Shown here piece after piece: positions 1 to 10,554 of a stretch of DNA of 64,000 bases (within the stretch, counting starts at the first letter, position 1; each line of letters opens with the position of its first letter). The position numbers and the translations under genes were made by a program. The DNA comes from Gammaproteobacteria bacterium (GTDB taxonomy: Bacteria > Pseudomonadota > Gammaproteobacteria > JASBUN01), in assembly GCA_030147845.1 (NCBI GenBank), contig JASBUN010000046.1:64430-128429 (forward strand), given 5' to 3'. The notes beneath the pieces were generated by a model. The model did no database searches and was not told the origin of the DNA. It worked only from the letters and a program-made list of their open reading frames with translations.

Positions 1-643
1 CCGCTGCATCAGGAACGCCACCGTGTTTACCCGAGCCGTGCAGTTGATCGAGCAAACGCTCGAACTCGTCGTCAGTAATGTCGTCGCTGGAACCTGGCTG
101 TGACGCGGCGTTGGTCGGCTGCTCCGACGTCGGCGAATCAGCGGCCTGGGCTGCATCCAGCAGCGCTTCAAATTCGTCGTCAGTAATGTCGCCCTCGGCA
201 TGATCCGGGTCCGGCGGCGAACCGGCCGCGGCGATATCCGGCCCATCGCCCTCATCCGCTTTGGCATAGCTTTCCAGCGTGCGCAAAAGCTGCGGCGTGG
301 CGGTCATGAGATCCTCGCCGCAGTTAATTTGCCTGAACTGTTCGTTGAGGATGTCGAGGACCTGTAGTACCGCATCCATGAGCGCCGCATCTACACGCCG
401 CTCACCCTGACGTAGCACATTAAATACGTCTTCCGCGCGGTGACACACTTCCACCATGGCGGTCAAATTGAGGAATCCGGCGCCGCCTTTGACGGTATGG
501 AATCCGCGAAACACCGTGTTCAGCAGCTCGCTGTCCTGTGGTCTTTGTTCAAGTTCGACCAGTTGCTCGCCGAGCTGTTCGAGAATCTCGCCCGCCTCAA
601 CCAGAAAATCCTGCAAAATATCGTCGTCGGCGTTTACGCTCAT
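1..643 (-). CDS. cheA: Chemotaxis histidine kinase CheA, N-terminal Hpt (P1) domain only; the 3' part of the gene lies beyond the left edge of the window.
   Basis: I translated the minus strand by hand from the ATG at 643-641, which has a GGAG ribosome-binding site. The product begins MSVNADDDILQDFLVEAGEILEQL...FRGFHTVKGGAGFL, the classic CheA Hpt motif. The reading frame stays open to position 1. It sits downstream of cheZ, as in pseudomonad che clusters. Confidence 0.8.
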   Translation of the reverse strand, partial: MSVNADDDILQDFLVEAGEILEQLGEQLVELEQRPQDSELLNTVFRGFHTVKGGAGFLNLTAMVEVCHRAEDVFNVLRQGERRVDAALMDAVLQVLDILNEQFRQINCGEDLMTATPQLLRTLESYAKADEGDGPDIAAAGSPPDPDHAEGDITDDEFEALLDAAQAADSPTSEQPTNAASQPGSSDDITDDEFERLLDQLHGSGKHGGVPDAA

Positions 644-655
644 TCACCGCGCTCC

Positions 656-1390
656 TCAAAAACCAAGACTGGACAACAAATCGTCCACTTGATCCTGGCT
701 CCGAACCACATCACGGTGGTCATCTACCCCCGGCACTTGGGGACCCTCTGCTTTGATGTTGCCAGCTGCGCCCGCCTTACCGCCGGTGTTCGTCCGCGCA
801 CCCTTTCCGGCGATGCGGATCAAGTCCACCAAACTTTCTTCGACATTGCGCACCAATTCGATCACCTTGCGAATGATCTGACCGGTGAGATCCTGAAAAT
901 CTTGCGCCAACAACACATCCGACAGATTGCTCTGAAGTATTTGCGTGCTTTCCGCCACTTGCGGGAAAAATACGTCTAACGCTCGACTGAGTTCACGAAA
1001 TTCGTCGGCATTTAGTTCGCGGTTACGAAACTGCAACCAGCGCGCACCTAACTCACCCGAGCGCTGCTGCAATTGCTCCGACACCGGTAATGCGTCTTCC
1101 ACCGCTGTCAGCGTTTTGTTGGCGGCCTGCTCGGTCATGGTCATGACATAATTCAGGCGTTCCTGAGCATCTGGGATATCCTTCTCCGCCAGATCGGCAA
1201 CACGCGGATCAATTCGAAAATTGTCCAGCGTGTCGTGCAACTCGCGCGTAAGCTTACCAAGCTCGCGAAACAGCTCTGCCTCGCGAATCTTAGTCAGTTC
1301 GTCGACCAGCTTTTTGGCCTCTGCTTCGTTACCCGCCTCCAGGTCCCGCACCAGTTGCCGTGCTTGGTCGAGCGTTGCTTCGTCAATCAT
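656..1390 (-). CDS. cheZ: CheY-P phosphatase CheZ
   Basis: A 244-aa ORF immediately downstream of cheY. It has the acidic and coiled-coil character of CheZ and the expected size. Confidence 0.8.
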   Translation of the reverse strand: MIDEATLDQARQLVRDLEAGNEAEAKKLVDELTKIREAELFRELGKLTRELHDTLDNFRIDPRVADLAEKDIPDAQERLNYVMTMTEQAANKTLTAVEDALPVSEQLQQRSGELGARWLQFRNRELNADEFRELSRALDVFFPQVAESTQILQSNLSDVLLAQDFQDLTGQIIRKVIELVRNVEESLVDLIRIAGKGARTNTGGKAGAAGNIKAEGPQVPGVDDHRDVVRSQDQVDDLLSSLGF

Positions 1391-1418
1391 TCGGTACCCC
1401 TTTCGCGCGGCCGCGGGC

Positions 1419-1814
1419 CTAAGCCGATGCCGCCTCTAAGCGCTCGAAAATTTTATCGATCTTTTCTTTTAACGTGGCCGCGGTGAACGGCTTCACAATA
1501 TAGCCATTCACTCCGGCCTGAGCCGCTTCGATTATTTGGTCGCGCTTAGATTCCGCCGTCACCATAAGCACCGGCAGAGAGACCAGTTTGGCGTCGGCAC
1601 GGACTGCCTTCAGCAGTTCGATGCCGCTCATACCCGGCATATTCCAGTCGGTGACGAGAAAATCAAAATTTCCCGCCTGCAGTACCGGTAGCGCGGTCTT
1701 GCCATCATCGGCCTCAGCGGTATTGTTGTAGCCGAGATCGCGCAGCAGATTCTTAATGATTCGCCGCATGGTGGAGAAATCGTCCACAACCAAAATCTTC
1801 ATGTTCTTGTCCAA
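1419..1814 (-). CDS. cheY: Chemotaxis response regulator CheY
   Basis: A 131-aa protein beginning [13 protein letters not shown] and containing [13 protein letters not shown] and VLMVTAE...[12 protein letters not shown]. This is near-identical in pattern to E. coli CheY. Confidence 0.92.
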   Translation of the reverse strand: MDKNMKILVVDDFSTMRRIIKNLLRDLGYNNTAEADDGKTALPVLQAGNFDFLVTDWNMPGMSGIELLKAVRADAKLVSLPVLMVTAESKRDQIIEAAQAGVNGYIVKPFTAATLKEKIDKIFERLEAASA

Positions 1815-1862
1815 AATCCCCTCCTTACCGCCGGACTCGCATTTGCATTAAGGGAGCTACGT

Positions 1863-2597
1863 TCATTCCGCCTCCGAAAACCATTCAACCATGCGTGCAC
1901 GGAGACGAATGAGCGCCTGACCGTGAATCTGGCACACGCGCGACTCGCTTACGCCCAACACTTCGCCGATCTCGCGCAGATTAAGTTCCTCATCATAGTA
2001 AAGTGACATCACGAGGCGCTCGCGCTCCGGTAGGCCAGCTATACCTTCGGCAAGGTTATCCTGGAAATCTTCGTGTTGAAGCATTTCCAAGGGGCCTTGC
2101 TGCGTCGACGGCAGCCGCGTCTCATAATCTTCACCCATGACCGACGGATCATCGAAACTAAACACCCGGCATCCGGCCGCATCTTTGAGTATCTGGTGGT
2201 ACTCCTCCAGCGACAGGTCAAGCGCTTCGGCCACTTCGTTATCGCGGGCATCACGACCTTTATCATTCTCAATCTCACGCACTACCTCGGCGACCATACG
2301 AACCTTGCGGTGCACCGAACGCGGCGTCCAATCCGAACGCCGGATCTCATCGAGCATCGAACCGCGTATGCGGATACCGGCGTAGGTCTCGAAACTGGCG
2401 CCCTGCGCGGCGTTATAATTCCTGGCCGCCTCGAGCAAACCAATCATCCCGGCCTGTATCAAGTCCTCGACTTGGACGCTCGGCGGCAATCGGCTAACCA
2501 AGTGGTAAGCAATGCGTTTAACCAACGACACATTGCGTGTCACCAAGTCGTCCTGACCGGACTGTTCAGGCGCTGCGTACATTGCGTATCCATTCAT
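1863..2597 (-). CDS. fliA: Flagellar sigma factor sigma-28 (FliA)
   Basis: A 244-aa protein with sigma70 region 2 and region 4 motifs (LIQAGMIGLLEAARNY; LREIGEVLGVSESRVCQIHGQAL). It follows fleN, as in the pseudomonad flhA-flhF-fleN-fliA arrangement. Confidence 0.9.
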   Translation of the reverse strand: MNGYAMYAAPEQSGQDDLVTRNVSLVKRIAYHLVSRLPPSVQVEDLIQAGMIGLLEAARNYNAAQGASFETYAGIRIRGSMLDEIRRSDWTPRSVHRKVRMVAEVVREIENDKGRDARDNEVAEALDLSLEEYHQILKDAAGCRVFSFDDPSVMGEDYETRLPSTQQGPLEMLQHEDFQDNLAEGIAGLPERERLVMSLYYDEELNLREIGEVLGVSESRVCQIHGQALIRLRARMVEWFSEAE

Positions 2598-3481
2598 GAG
2601 AGGGGCTCCGCTTCGCTGTACCTGGAGCGAATCAATCGCTCCACGAAAAATTCCAAATGCCCCGCAGCACTAACAGGTTTGGGCCACTTATCGGCCCGTT
2701 GAGCCAAATTCTTGAATGACATGGATGAACGACTGCGGGGGTAAGCTTCAAACACGGGACGTTGCTTTTTTACCGCTTTGACCAGGTAATCGTCATAAGG
2801 CACAGTGCCGAAATAGGTGAGCGTAGCGTCGAGGAATCGATCGGCGACATGGGCCAGCTTGGCGAACATGTCGCGACCCTCCTGGGCGCTGCGACTCATG
2901 TTCGAGAGCACATGAAAACGTTGGACGCCATGGTCTCGATTCAAAATCTTCATTAATGCATAGGCATCGGTCAGCGACGCTGGTTCGTCACATACGACGA
3001 CGATCACTTCTTGCGCCGCGCGCGAGAAGCTGATAACGCTGTCGGAAATCCCGGCAGCGGTATCGATGATCAAAGCATCGAGATCGAAGCTCAATTCGCT
3101 AAACGCGCGGATCACACCAGCATGTTCGGCCGCGCTGAGTTCCGACATGAGCTGGATGCCGGATGCCGCTGGAACAATTTTTAGACCGCCCGGCCCCTCA
3201 ACCAAAACTTCCTCTAACGTACGTTCGCCGCGTATGACGTGCGACAGGTTGTAAAGCGGCTTGAGGCCCAACGTGACGTCGACGTTGGCCAAGCCGAGGT
3301 CGGCATCCATAAGCATGACTTCCTTGCCCTGCGCGACCATGGCTAAGCTCAGATTAACGGAAACATTGGTCTTACCGACGCCGCCCTTGCCGCCAGTGAC
3401 CGCGACCACCTGCACCGGCTTGGGTTGGGCTATTTGTCGAAGACCGGCGGCCTGGTCGACGGTATTTTCAGACATTAGCAT
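2594..3481 (-). CDS. fleN: MinD/ParA-type ATPase that controls flagellar number (FleN/FlhG)
   Basis: It carries the deviant Walker A motif VTGGKGGVGKT, sits between flhF and fliA, and overlaps both neighbours by 4-14 nt. Confidence 0.85.
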   Translation of the reverse strand: MLMSENTVDQAAGLRQIAQPKPVQVVAVTGGKGGVGKTNVSVNLSLAMVAQGKEVMLMDADLGLANVDVTLGLKPLYNLSHVIRGERTLEEVLVEGPGGLKIVPAASGIQLMSELSAAEHAGVIRAFSELSFDLDALIIDTAAGISDSVISFSRAAQEVIVVVCDEPASLTDAYALMKILNRDHGVQRFHVLSNMSRSAQEGRDMFAKLAHVADRFLDATLTYFGTVPYDDYLVKAVKKQRPVFEAYPRSRSSMSFKNLAQRADKWPKPVSAAGHLEFFVERLIRSRYSEAEPLS

Positions 3482-4667
3482 TGGCCATATTCCCGTAACT
3501 GTATTCGGGCGAGGATGCGCCCGCGGACAACTCAGCCTGCTGCATCAACGCGACGGCGCGGCTCACCAGGCTATGGGCTCGCGCAGGGTGCATATCTTCC
3601 GGAACGCGCTGTCCGTCGCCGACATAAGCGATTGGCAACTGGTAACGAACCACCGCTGACAACGGTCCGCCGAGACTGGCGGTTTCGTCGAGTTTGGTCA
3701 GCATGCAGCCATGCAAGCGTGCACACCGGAACGCCTGTACAACTTCGTGTACGGTGGCGCTATGAATGTTTGACGACAGCACGAGATACGTCTGTATGCG
3801 ATCGCCGGCTCCCTCCAAGGTGGCGATCTGCTCGCTTAAGCGTAGATCGCGCTGGCTCATGCCCGCGGTATCGATCAGCACCAACTGTTTGTCACTGAGG
3901 TCTGTTAGTACCGCGCTGAGCGAGTTTCGATCGGCGGCGGAATATACCGGCACACCGAGCAACTGTCCGAACGTATGCAGTTGTTCGTGCGCACCGATGC
4001 GAAAGCTATCGGTGGAAACCAGCGCCACGTGCCGTTTGCCATGGCGCAGGGCGTAACGTGCCGCGAGCTTCGCGATCATGGTGGTTTTACCGACGCCGGT
4101 CGGTCCGACCAGGCTGATCACGCCACCGCGTGTGAGCACATCGTCATCGGTGGTACGGACTTGATGCGCAAGTACGGCCAGCGCTTGACGCCAGGCGTGC
4201 TCGAGATCATCGGCCTGATGAATCTCAGCCACGATCTGTTGCGCCAGATCGGCGCTCACACCCATTTGCGAGAAGCGCTGTAAAATGCCGGCCTGTTGCG
4301 GATTTCTACGCGCCAGATCGCCCCAGGCAAGATGAGATAGTTGATTCTCGAGGATGCCACGCAGCGTCTTGATTTCCTGGCGCATATCAATCAGCGTCGG
4401 ATCCTGAGACCATTCGATGCCCGAGCGTGGCGCGCTGGCGACGTCATTGTGCGTAGCGTCGGACGCCTGCGGCGCTTGACGCTCGGCACCCGAGGCTGCA
4501 CCGCTCATCTGTCCGAGCAAAGACTCGTCATAATCGAGCGCGGCAATGATTTCGATGCCGCCGTTGACGCGCCGATTACTCAAGATCACCGCGTCCGGGC
4601 CTTGCTCTTCGCGAACATTGCGGATCGCCTGGCGCATGTCCGGCGCGAAATACCGCTTAATCTTCAT
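3468..4667 (-). CDS. flhF: Flagellar biosynthesis SRP-type GTPase FlhF
   Basis: It has the LVGPTGVGKTTMIAKLAA P-loop, followed by DTAG and TKLDET motifs typical of the SRP-GTPase family. It lies downstream of flhA. The N-terminal start is uncertain. Confidence 0.85.
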   Translation of the reverse strand: MKIKRYFAPDMRQAIRNVREEQGPDAVILSNRRVNGGIEIIAALDYDESLLGQMSGAASGAERQAPQASDATHNDVASAPRSGIEWSQDPTLIDMRQEIKTLRGILENQLSHLAWGDLARRNPQQAGILQRFSQMGVSADLAQQIVAEIHQADDLEHAWRQALAVLAHQVRTTDDDVLTRGGVISLVGPTGVGKTTMIAKLAARYALRHGKRHVALVSTDSFRIGAHEQLHTFGQLLGVPVYSAADRNSLSAVLTDLSDKQLVLIDTAGMSQRDLRLSEQIATLEGAGDRIQTYLVLSSNIHSATVHEVVQAFRCARLHGCMLTKLDETASLGGPLSAVVRYQLPIAYVGDGQRVPEDMHPARAHSLVSRAVALMQQAELSAGASSPEYSYGNMANANV

Positions 4668-4742
4668 GCGCTAACCCCTCACTGGTTGACGTAGTGCGCC
4701 ATTGCGTAGCTGGGCGCCAATAATGTTTGTTGCGCGGCTCAT

Positions 4743-6848
4743 TCAGGCCGCGCCCTGGGCCTGCAACTGCTGACCGACGGTTGCCACTACCTTGATCTGT
4801 TTGTCGTCCGGTACTTCGTTGTAGGACAACACGTGCAAGCCGGGTATCGAGTGACGTACCAAACGCGCCAACCAGTTGCGCAAACTGTGCGGGACTAATA
4901 ACACCGCTGGCTGATTGGCCGCTTCCTGTTGCTGGGTGTTGTTAGCCAGCGCCTGATGTAATTGATCCGCCAATCCAGGCTCCAGACCGGCGCCGCCCTC
5001 GGCTGCGACTTGGATACTCTGAAGCAATAACTGTTCCAGCGTCGGATCAAGCGTAATGACCGCCAACTCCGGCGCCATGCCATTGATATGCTGAACAATT
5101 GATCGCCCGAGTGCGGCACGTGCGGCGGCCGTTAGAACGCCAGGGTCTTGACTCTTAGGCGCGTGCTCCGCCAACGTTTCGGCAATCGTGCGCATATCGC
5201 GAAGCGGAATGCGCTCTTCCAGCAGGTTTTGCAACACGCGAACGATAGCGCCCAAAGACAGCGCCTTCGGCACCAAGTCCTCGACCAGTTTCGGTGCGCT
5301 GCGCGCCAGCACGTCGAGCAACTTCTGTACTTCTTCGTGCCCGAGCAGCTCGTGTGCATGAGTGTGTAAAATCTGACTGAGCTGCGTGGCGATGACCGTG
5401 CTCGGATCGACTACGGTATAACCCATGGTCTGCGCCTGGTCGCGCTGTGCGTGTTCGATCCAAATCGCGTCCAGGCCAAAGGCCGGGTCTTTGGTGGCTA
5501 TGCCTTGCACGGAACCAAACACGCGCCCGGGATTGATGGCCAACTCGCGGTCGGCAAATACTTCGGCTTCGGCCACGGGCACGCCAAGCAAGGAGATACG
5601 ATAGGTGTTCGGCGGCAAATCGAGGTTGTCGCGAATATGTACCGGTTGAATCAAAAAGCCCAGTTCCTGTGACAGCTTCTTGCGCACGCCCTTGATCTTG
5701 GCCATCAGTTCGCCGCCCTGACCGCGATCAACCAGCGGAATCAGGCGATAACCGACCTCCAGACCGATGACGTCGACCGTATGAACGTCGTCCCAACTCA
5801 GCTCTTCGTTATCGCGCTCCGTTGGCACGGCAACCTCGGCCAGCTCGTCCTCGTCCTCTGTCTCGCCTTTTCGACCGAGAAAATACGCCAGCCCGCCAAC
5901 GACGCCGGCGAGAGCGAGGAATACCATATTGGGCATGCCCGGAATGACGCCCATCAGGCCGAGAATGCCGGCCGTAATCCACAGCGGGCGCGGATCGGAC
6001 AAAACCTGCGACATCAACTGCTGACCCATGTCCTCTTTGCTCGACGACACGCGTGTGACGATCAAAGCGGTGGCGGTCGAGATCACCAGCGACGGAATTT
6101 GTGCCACCAAGCCATCACCAATCGTGAGCAAGGTGTAGTTGCGCAAGGCATCGGATAACGCCATGTTGTGCTGCAACATGCCGATGGCCAGGCCGCCGAG
6201 AATATTAATGAACAGAATCATAATCCCGGCGATCGCATCGCCACGCACGAACTTACTGGCGCCATCCATGGAACCGTAAAAATCCGCTTCGTTTCGGACT
6301 TCCTCGCGCCGCTGGCTGGCGTCTTCCTGGGTCAACAAACCGGCATTGAGGTCGGCATCGATGGCCATCTGCTTGCCCGGCAAGGCGTCCAAGGTAAAGC
6401 GGGCGCTAACCTCAGCGACGCGGTTCGCACCCTTAGTGACCACCACGAAGTTGATGATGACGAGAATCGCAAACACGACCAAGCCGACGGCGTAGTTACC
6501 GCCGATGACAAACTCACCAAACGATTCGATAACCTTGCCGGCTGCATCGGCGCCGGTGTGACCATGTAGTAGAACCACGCGCGTGGAAGCAACGTTCAAC
6601 GCTAAGCGCAGCAGCGTAGTCAGCAGCAAAACCGATGGGAACATCGAGAAGTCGAGCGGACGTATGACGTAGACCGCGGCCAACAGCACCACCAACGACA
6701 AAGAAATATTGAATGTGAACAGCACGTCCAACGCCATCGGCGGTAAAGGCACCACCAACATGGCCAGCAGCATGAGCAGCAGCACGGGCGCGCCCAAGCC
6801 GTTGCGGAAGGCGATTTGCAGTTGATTGGCGAATCCGGTCTGTTGCAT
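4743..6848 (-). CDS. flhA: Flagellar export apparatus protein FlhA
   Basis: A 701-aa protein with about eight N-terminal transmembrane segments (for example FKFVRGDAIAGIMILFINILGG) and a large cytoplasmic C-terminal domain. Confidence 0.95.
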   Translation of the reverse strand: MQQTGFANQLQIAFRNGLGAPVLLLMLLAMLVVPLPPMALDVLFTFNISLSLVVLLAAVYVIRPLDFSMFPSVLLLTTLLRLALNVASTRVVLLHGHTGADAAGKVIESFGEFVIGGNYAVGLVVFAILVIINFVVVTKGANRVAEVSARFTLDALPGKQMAIDADLNAGLLTQEDASQRREEVRNEADFYGSMDGASKFVRGDAIAGIMILFINILGGLAIGMLQHNMALSDALRNYTLLTIGDGLVAQIPSLVISTATALIVTRVSSSKEDMGQQLMSQVLSDPRPLWITAGILGLMGVIPGMPNMVFLALAGVVGGLAYFLGRKGETEDEDELAEVAVPTERDNEELSWDDVHTVDVIGLEVGYRLIPLVDRGQGGELMAKIKGVRKKLSQELGFLIQPVHIRDNLDLPPNTYRISLLGVPVAEAEVFADRELAINPGRVFGSVQGIATKDPAFGLDAIWIEHAQRDQAQTMGYTVVDPSTVIATQLSQILHTHAHELLGHEEVQKLLDVLARSAPKLVEDLVPKALSLGAIVRVLQNLLEERIPLRDMRTIAETLAEHAPKSQDPGVLTAAARAALGRSIVQHINGMAPELAVITLDPTLEQLLLQSIQVAAEGGAGLEPGLADQLHQALANNTQQQEAANQPAVLLVPHSLRNWLARLVRHSIPGLHVLSYNEVPDDKQIKVVATVGQQLQAQGAA

Positions 6849-6974
6849 GGGCTGTGCGCGTCAATTTTGTGGCGTTTATTGGGCTACGCCGGTATATTGC
6901 AAGTTCTATACCCACTCGCACAGAATTGGCGTCAATTCATTTTTATGTTAACAATCAACTAGATATAACGATAC

Positions 6975-6992
6975 GACGATCCCCTGTCGGGG
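6975..6992. repeat. Perfect inverted repeat GATCCCC-TGTC-GGGGATC in the flhB-flhA intergenic region.
   Basis: A 7-bp stem with a 4-nt loop, visible directly in the sequence. There is no T-tract after it on the minus strand, so it is not a clear terminator. Confidence 0.3.
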
Positions 6993-7015
6993 ATCAAAGC
7001 AGACCGCGCGACAAG

Positions 7016-8152
7016 TCAGTGGCGCTGCAAAAATTCGTCGGGGATATCGAATTCATTGGGCGCCTTGGGGCGTTCGGCGTCGCCGTAGATGGAATGCTTG
7101 AGTTGATAGACGTAGGCGAGCACCTGGGCCACTGCCAAGTACAGCCCGGCGGGAATCTCGCTGCCGATTTCAGCGTTGTAATAGAGTGCGCGCGCCAATG
7201 GCGGCGCTTCAAATACCGGCACACGATTCTCGCGCGCGATGGTACGAATCTGCATGGCCACCAGGTCAGCGCCTTTGGCTACTACGCGCGGCGCACCCAT
7301 GGCTTCGTCGTCATAGCGCAGCGCGACGGCGAAGTGGGTCGGGTTGGTGACGATGACATCGGCCTTCGGCACATCCGCCATCATCCGACGCATCGAAATT
7401 TCCTGCTGTACGCGCCGGACGCGAGCTTTATTTTCCGGATTACCTTCGGTCTCCTTACCCTCTTCCTTGACTTCTTTCTTGGTCATACGCAACTGTCGAT
7501 TGTGATTCCAGAGCTGGAACGGCACATCGACAATGGCAATCAAAATCAATGTTGCACTCAATTTCAAAAAGATCCAGCCGAGTATACCGAATGACTGCAC
7601 GATGGCCGATCTCACATCGAGGTTACCGAGCGACATCAGCTCAGAAAAGGAATGCCAAATCATCAATGTTGCGAAACCGCCAATTAGCGAGGCCTTAATG
7701 ATGGACTTTACCAACTCCATCAAGCCCTGTGGCGAAGCCAGCTTTTTCATTCCTTTGAGCGGATCAATTTTTGAGATATCCGGTGCGAGGGCTTTCATCG
7801 ATACATTCCAGCCGCCCATCAATAGCGGCGTCGCCAGCGCAGCGAGCGTGGCGATAATCAATAGAGGTGCGATGATAATGAAGGCGTCCCACAGGGTGTC
7901 ACCGACGATGCTCAGCATGCGCGTGGTATCGAACGCACTCTGCCGATCCAGCGTCAGGCCGGTCTGCATCAAGTGAATCATCTGTGTCCCGGAGCTACTG
8001 CCGAACGCCAACAAGCCGCCCGCACTCGCTAACAGCATCACTGTGGTATTGAGTTCGCGCGAGCGCGGGACCTGACCACGTTCGCGCGCGTCGCGCTGTC
8101 GCTTGCCAGTCGCTCGTTCGGTTTTTTCTTGGCCGTCCTCGTTCTCCGCCAT
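7016..8152 (-). CDS. flhB: Flagellar export switch protein FlhB
   Basis: A 378-aa protein with four transmembrane segments and the NPTH autocleavage site (VIVTNPTHFAVAL). Confidence 0.95.
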   Translation of the reverse strand: MAENEDGQEKTERATGKRQRDARERGQVPRSRELNTTVMLLASAGGLLAFGSSSGTQMIHLMQTGLTLDRQSAFDTTRMLSIVGDTLWDAFIIIAPLLIIATLAALATPLLMGGWNVSMKALAPDISKIDPLKGMKKLASPQGLMELVKSIIKASLIGGFATLMIWHSFSELMSLGNLDVRSAIVQSFGILGWIFLKLSATLILIAIVDVPFQLWNHNRQLRMTKKEVKEEGKETEGNPENKARVRRVQQEISMRRMMADVPKADVIVTNPTHFAVALRYDDEAMGAPRVVAKGADLVAMQIRTIARENRVPVFEAPPLARALYYNAEIGSEIPAGLYLAVAQVLAYVYQLKHSIYGDAERPKAPNEFDIPDEFLQRH

Positions 8153-8161
8153 GAACGCCTC

Positions 8162-8938
8162 CTAGCCGGCGATCACTTGGCGCATGACGGCAAAACCGTT
8201 CATGAGCAACGCGGTAAAACGCGGCAGCAAATTCGGCATGGTGAACAACATCACGATAAATCCCGCTGCCATCGTAGTCGGAAAGCCAACCGCGAAAATA
8301 TTGAACTGCGGTGCGGCGCGCATCATGACGCCGAATGAAATGTTGATAAGGGTTATGGTAATGAGTGCAGGCAAAGCGATCAGCATCGCACCGACGAACA
8401 TTTGACTACCCCATACCGCTAACGCCATGAGGCTCTGTGTGGAAATCCCAACCGGCCCCACCGGCATAGTCTGAAAACTCGAAGCCAGCACCTGCAATGC
8501 GACCAGATGGCCGTTGATGGAGAGGAACAACAGCGTGCCGAGAATACTGTAGAAACTGCTCATTACAGGCACCGTTACGCCGTTGACGGGATCGATGAAC
8601 GAGCCGAAACCCAAACCCATGGTCATGGCGATGGTCTGACCGGCAATGATCAATGCGCTGAACACCAGTTGCAGCACGAATCCCATTACCACACCCAACA
8701 GAATCTGTTGCGCGGCAATCAACATGCCGGCAAAACTAACCGGATCGACGGCCGGCGCCGCCGACAACGTCGGCGCAATCGCCCACGTCATAGCAATCGC
8801 CAAACCAATGCGGACGCGCAACGGCACTATATTCTTGGCGCCGAACACGGGCGCCACCATCAGCATGGCGCCAATGCGCATGAACGGCCAATAATAGCTG
8901 CCGATCAATCCGGTGATTTGCTCGGCTGTCAGCGCCAT
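8162..8938 (-). CDS. fliR: Flagellar export apparatus protein FliR
   Basis: A 258-aa polytopic membrane protein located between fliQ and flhB. Confidence 0.9.
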   Translation of the reverse strand: MALTAEQITGLIGSYYWPFMRIGAMLMVAPVFGAKNIVPLRVRIGLAIAMTWAIAPTLSAAPAVDPVSFAGMLIAAQQILLGVVMGFVLQLVFSALIIAGQTIAMTMGLGFGSFIDPVNGVTVPVMSSFYSILGTLLFLSINGHLVALQVLASSFQTMPVGPVGISTQSLMALAVWGSQMFVGAMLIALPALITITLINISFGVMMRAAPQFNIFAVGFPTTMAAGFIVMLFTMPNLLPRFTALLMNGFAVMRQVIAG

Positions 8939-8944
8939 CGCGGA

Positions 8945-9217
8945 TTAGCCAATCAAGTCCGGGATAATGGTGAAAATATGTCGTGTGAAATCCATCAGGA
9001 GATTCAACATCCATGAACCGGCGAACATCAGTACCAGCGCCAGCACGATGAGTTTTGGGATAAAACTCAGTGTCATTTCCTGTATCGACGTCACCGCCTG
9101 AAACATGCCAACCAACAAGCCGACCACCAACACGGTAAGCAGCATCGGCGCCGACACCAAGGCGGTAACCTTGAGCGCCTGTTCACCCAGCGTGATGATG
9201 GTGTCCGGTGTCATCAT
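8945..9217 (-). CDS. fliQ: Flagellar export apparatus protein FliQ
   Basis: A 90-aa protein with two transmembrane segments and the typical FliQ sequence. Confidence 0.9.
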   Translation of the reverse strand: MMTPDTIITLGEQALKVTALVSAPMLLTVLVVGLLVGMFQAVTSIQEMTLSFIPKLIVLALVLMFAGSWMLNLLMDFTRHIFTIIPDLIG

Positions 9218-9253
9218 TGCGGCTTTCTCCTGGTTGTTGGCATCAATGGCCGC

Positions 9254-10000
9254 CTAGTGTACGGAGAAGCTTGCGGTGAGTGTGCTCAACACCATGGTCC
9301 AGCCGTCCACCAACACGAACAGCATCAACTTAAACGGCATGGAGATCATCATTGGTGACAACATCATCATACCCATCGACATCAGTACGCTTGCAACCAC
9401 CAAATCGATAACGACAAAAGGTATGAATATGAGGAATCCGATCTGAAACGCCGTCTTCAATTCGCTGGTGACGAACGCGGGCACGAGCACTGAGAACGGG
9501 ATATCGTCAGTCGACGCATAGCCTTCCTTGCCGGAAAGAGTGGTGAACAAACTTAGGTCACTTTCACGCGTCTGCGCCAACATAAATTTGTGGAACGGCG
9601 CCTGAGCCTTCTGTAAGGCGACTTCGCCAGAAATTTTTTCGTTCAGATATGGTTGCAGCGCATCGGTGTTGACGCGGTTGAATACCGGCGCCATAACAAA
9701 GAATGTCAGGAACAAACTTAAACCCACGATAATCTGTGTCGACGGTGTCTGCGGTGTACCGAGCGCTTGGCGAAGAATGGATAGCACGATTGCGATACGT
9801 GTGAACGAAGTCATCATCATGACGGCGGACGGCAATAGCGTCAGCGCCGTCATCAACATCAAAATCTGTATCGTTACCGAATACGACTGGCCACCGTCAG
9901 GTGTCGGTGCCGAACTGACGATAGTGATACCGGGTTGCGCGAAGGCCGTCGCAGCATGCGCGAACAGCCCGAACAAGACGAACCAACGTAACAATTTCAC
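9254..10000 (-). CDS. fliP: Flagellar export apparatus protein FliP
   Basis: A 248-aa protein with a signal peptide and conserved FliP membrane core ([19 protein letters not shown]). Confidence 0.92.
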   Translation of the reverse strand: MKLLRWFVLFGLFAHAATAFAQPGITIVSSAPTPDGGQSYSVTIQILMLMTALTLLPSAVMMMTSFTRIAIVLSILRQALGTPQTPSTQIIVGLSLFLTFFVMAPVFNRVNTDALQPYLNEKISGEVALQKAQAPFHKFMLAQTRESDLSLFTTLSGKEGYASTDDIPFSVLVPAFVTSELKTAFQIGFLIFIPFVVIDLVVASVLMSMGMMMLSPMMISMPFKLMLFVLVDGWTMVLSTLTASFSVH

Positions 10001-10542
10001 TTCGCATCCCTCGAAGACATCGCTTGACGAAGACGCTCGGCGAATCCCGGCCCGCCGGCGGTGCGGCCGGGCTCTATGGCAATCGGCTTATCGAGCGTAA
10101 GAAGCGACTGCACGCGACCAGGCGCCACACCGACCAAAAGCTGCGTTTCACCCGCTTGTATCAGAATCACGCGCTCACGCGCACCCACCGACAAAGCGCC
10201 AAGTACGCGCAGGCCGCTGCCGCCGGCAAGCGCTCCGCGCCCGAAGCGGCGCATCACCCATGCCATCAAAAACACCAATGCCAACACCGCCAGCAATCCG
10301 GCGAACATCTGTAGCAAACTGGCTCCACTCATCGGATCAAGCGTCGCACCATGTATTGCAGGCTCGACCGCCCAGACCGCTTCCGGCAACATCACCGCTG
10401 GAAAAAAAATCGCTGCGGCTCGTGCCGGGCGCTTAAAGCCGATGTTTAGGACCTTAACTTTGCGGAATGACATTGGAATTACCTTTTGCTCGCATCGGGT
10501 CGACCACAGACCGTATCGACCGTTGCCCGGCGACATGCGCAC
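9997..10542 (-). CDS. fliO: Flagellar protein FliO. The start codon is uncertain and may be an internal ATG near 10473.
   Basis: It has a single transmembrane segment ([22 protein letters not shown]) and sits between fliN and fliP. Confidence 0.7.
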   Translation of the reverse strand: MRMSPGNGRYGLWSTRCEQKVIPMSFRKVKVLNIGFKRPARAAAIFFPAVMLPEAVWAVEPAIHGATLDPMSGASLLQMFAGLLAVLALVFLMAWVMRRFGRGALAGGSGLRVLGALSVGARERVILIQAGETQLLVGVAPGRVQSLLTLDKPIAIEPGRTAGGPGFAERLRQAMSSRDAK

Positions 10543-10554
10543 GGGCGCCGATCA

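Noticed and set aside
440-979. A 179-aa plus-strand ORF and other plus-strand ORFs overlapping cheA and cheZ.
   Set aside because: It is antisense to the clear minus-strand genes cheA (Hpt domain) and cheZ. Long antisense ORFs are common at this GC content and this one has no recognisable motif.
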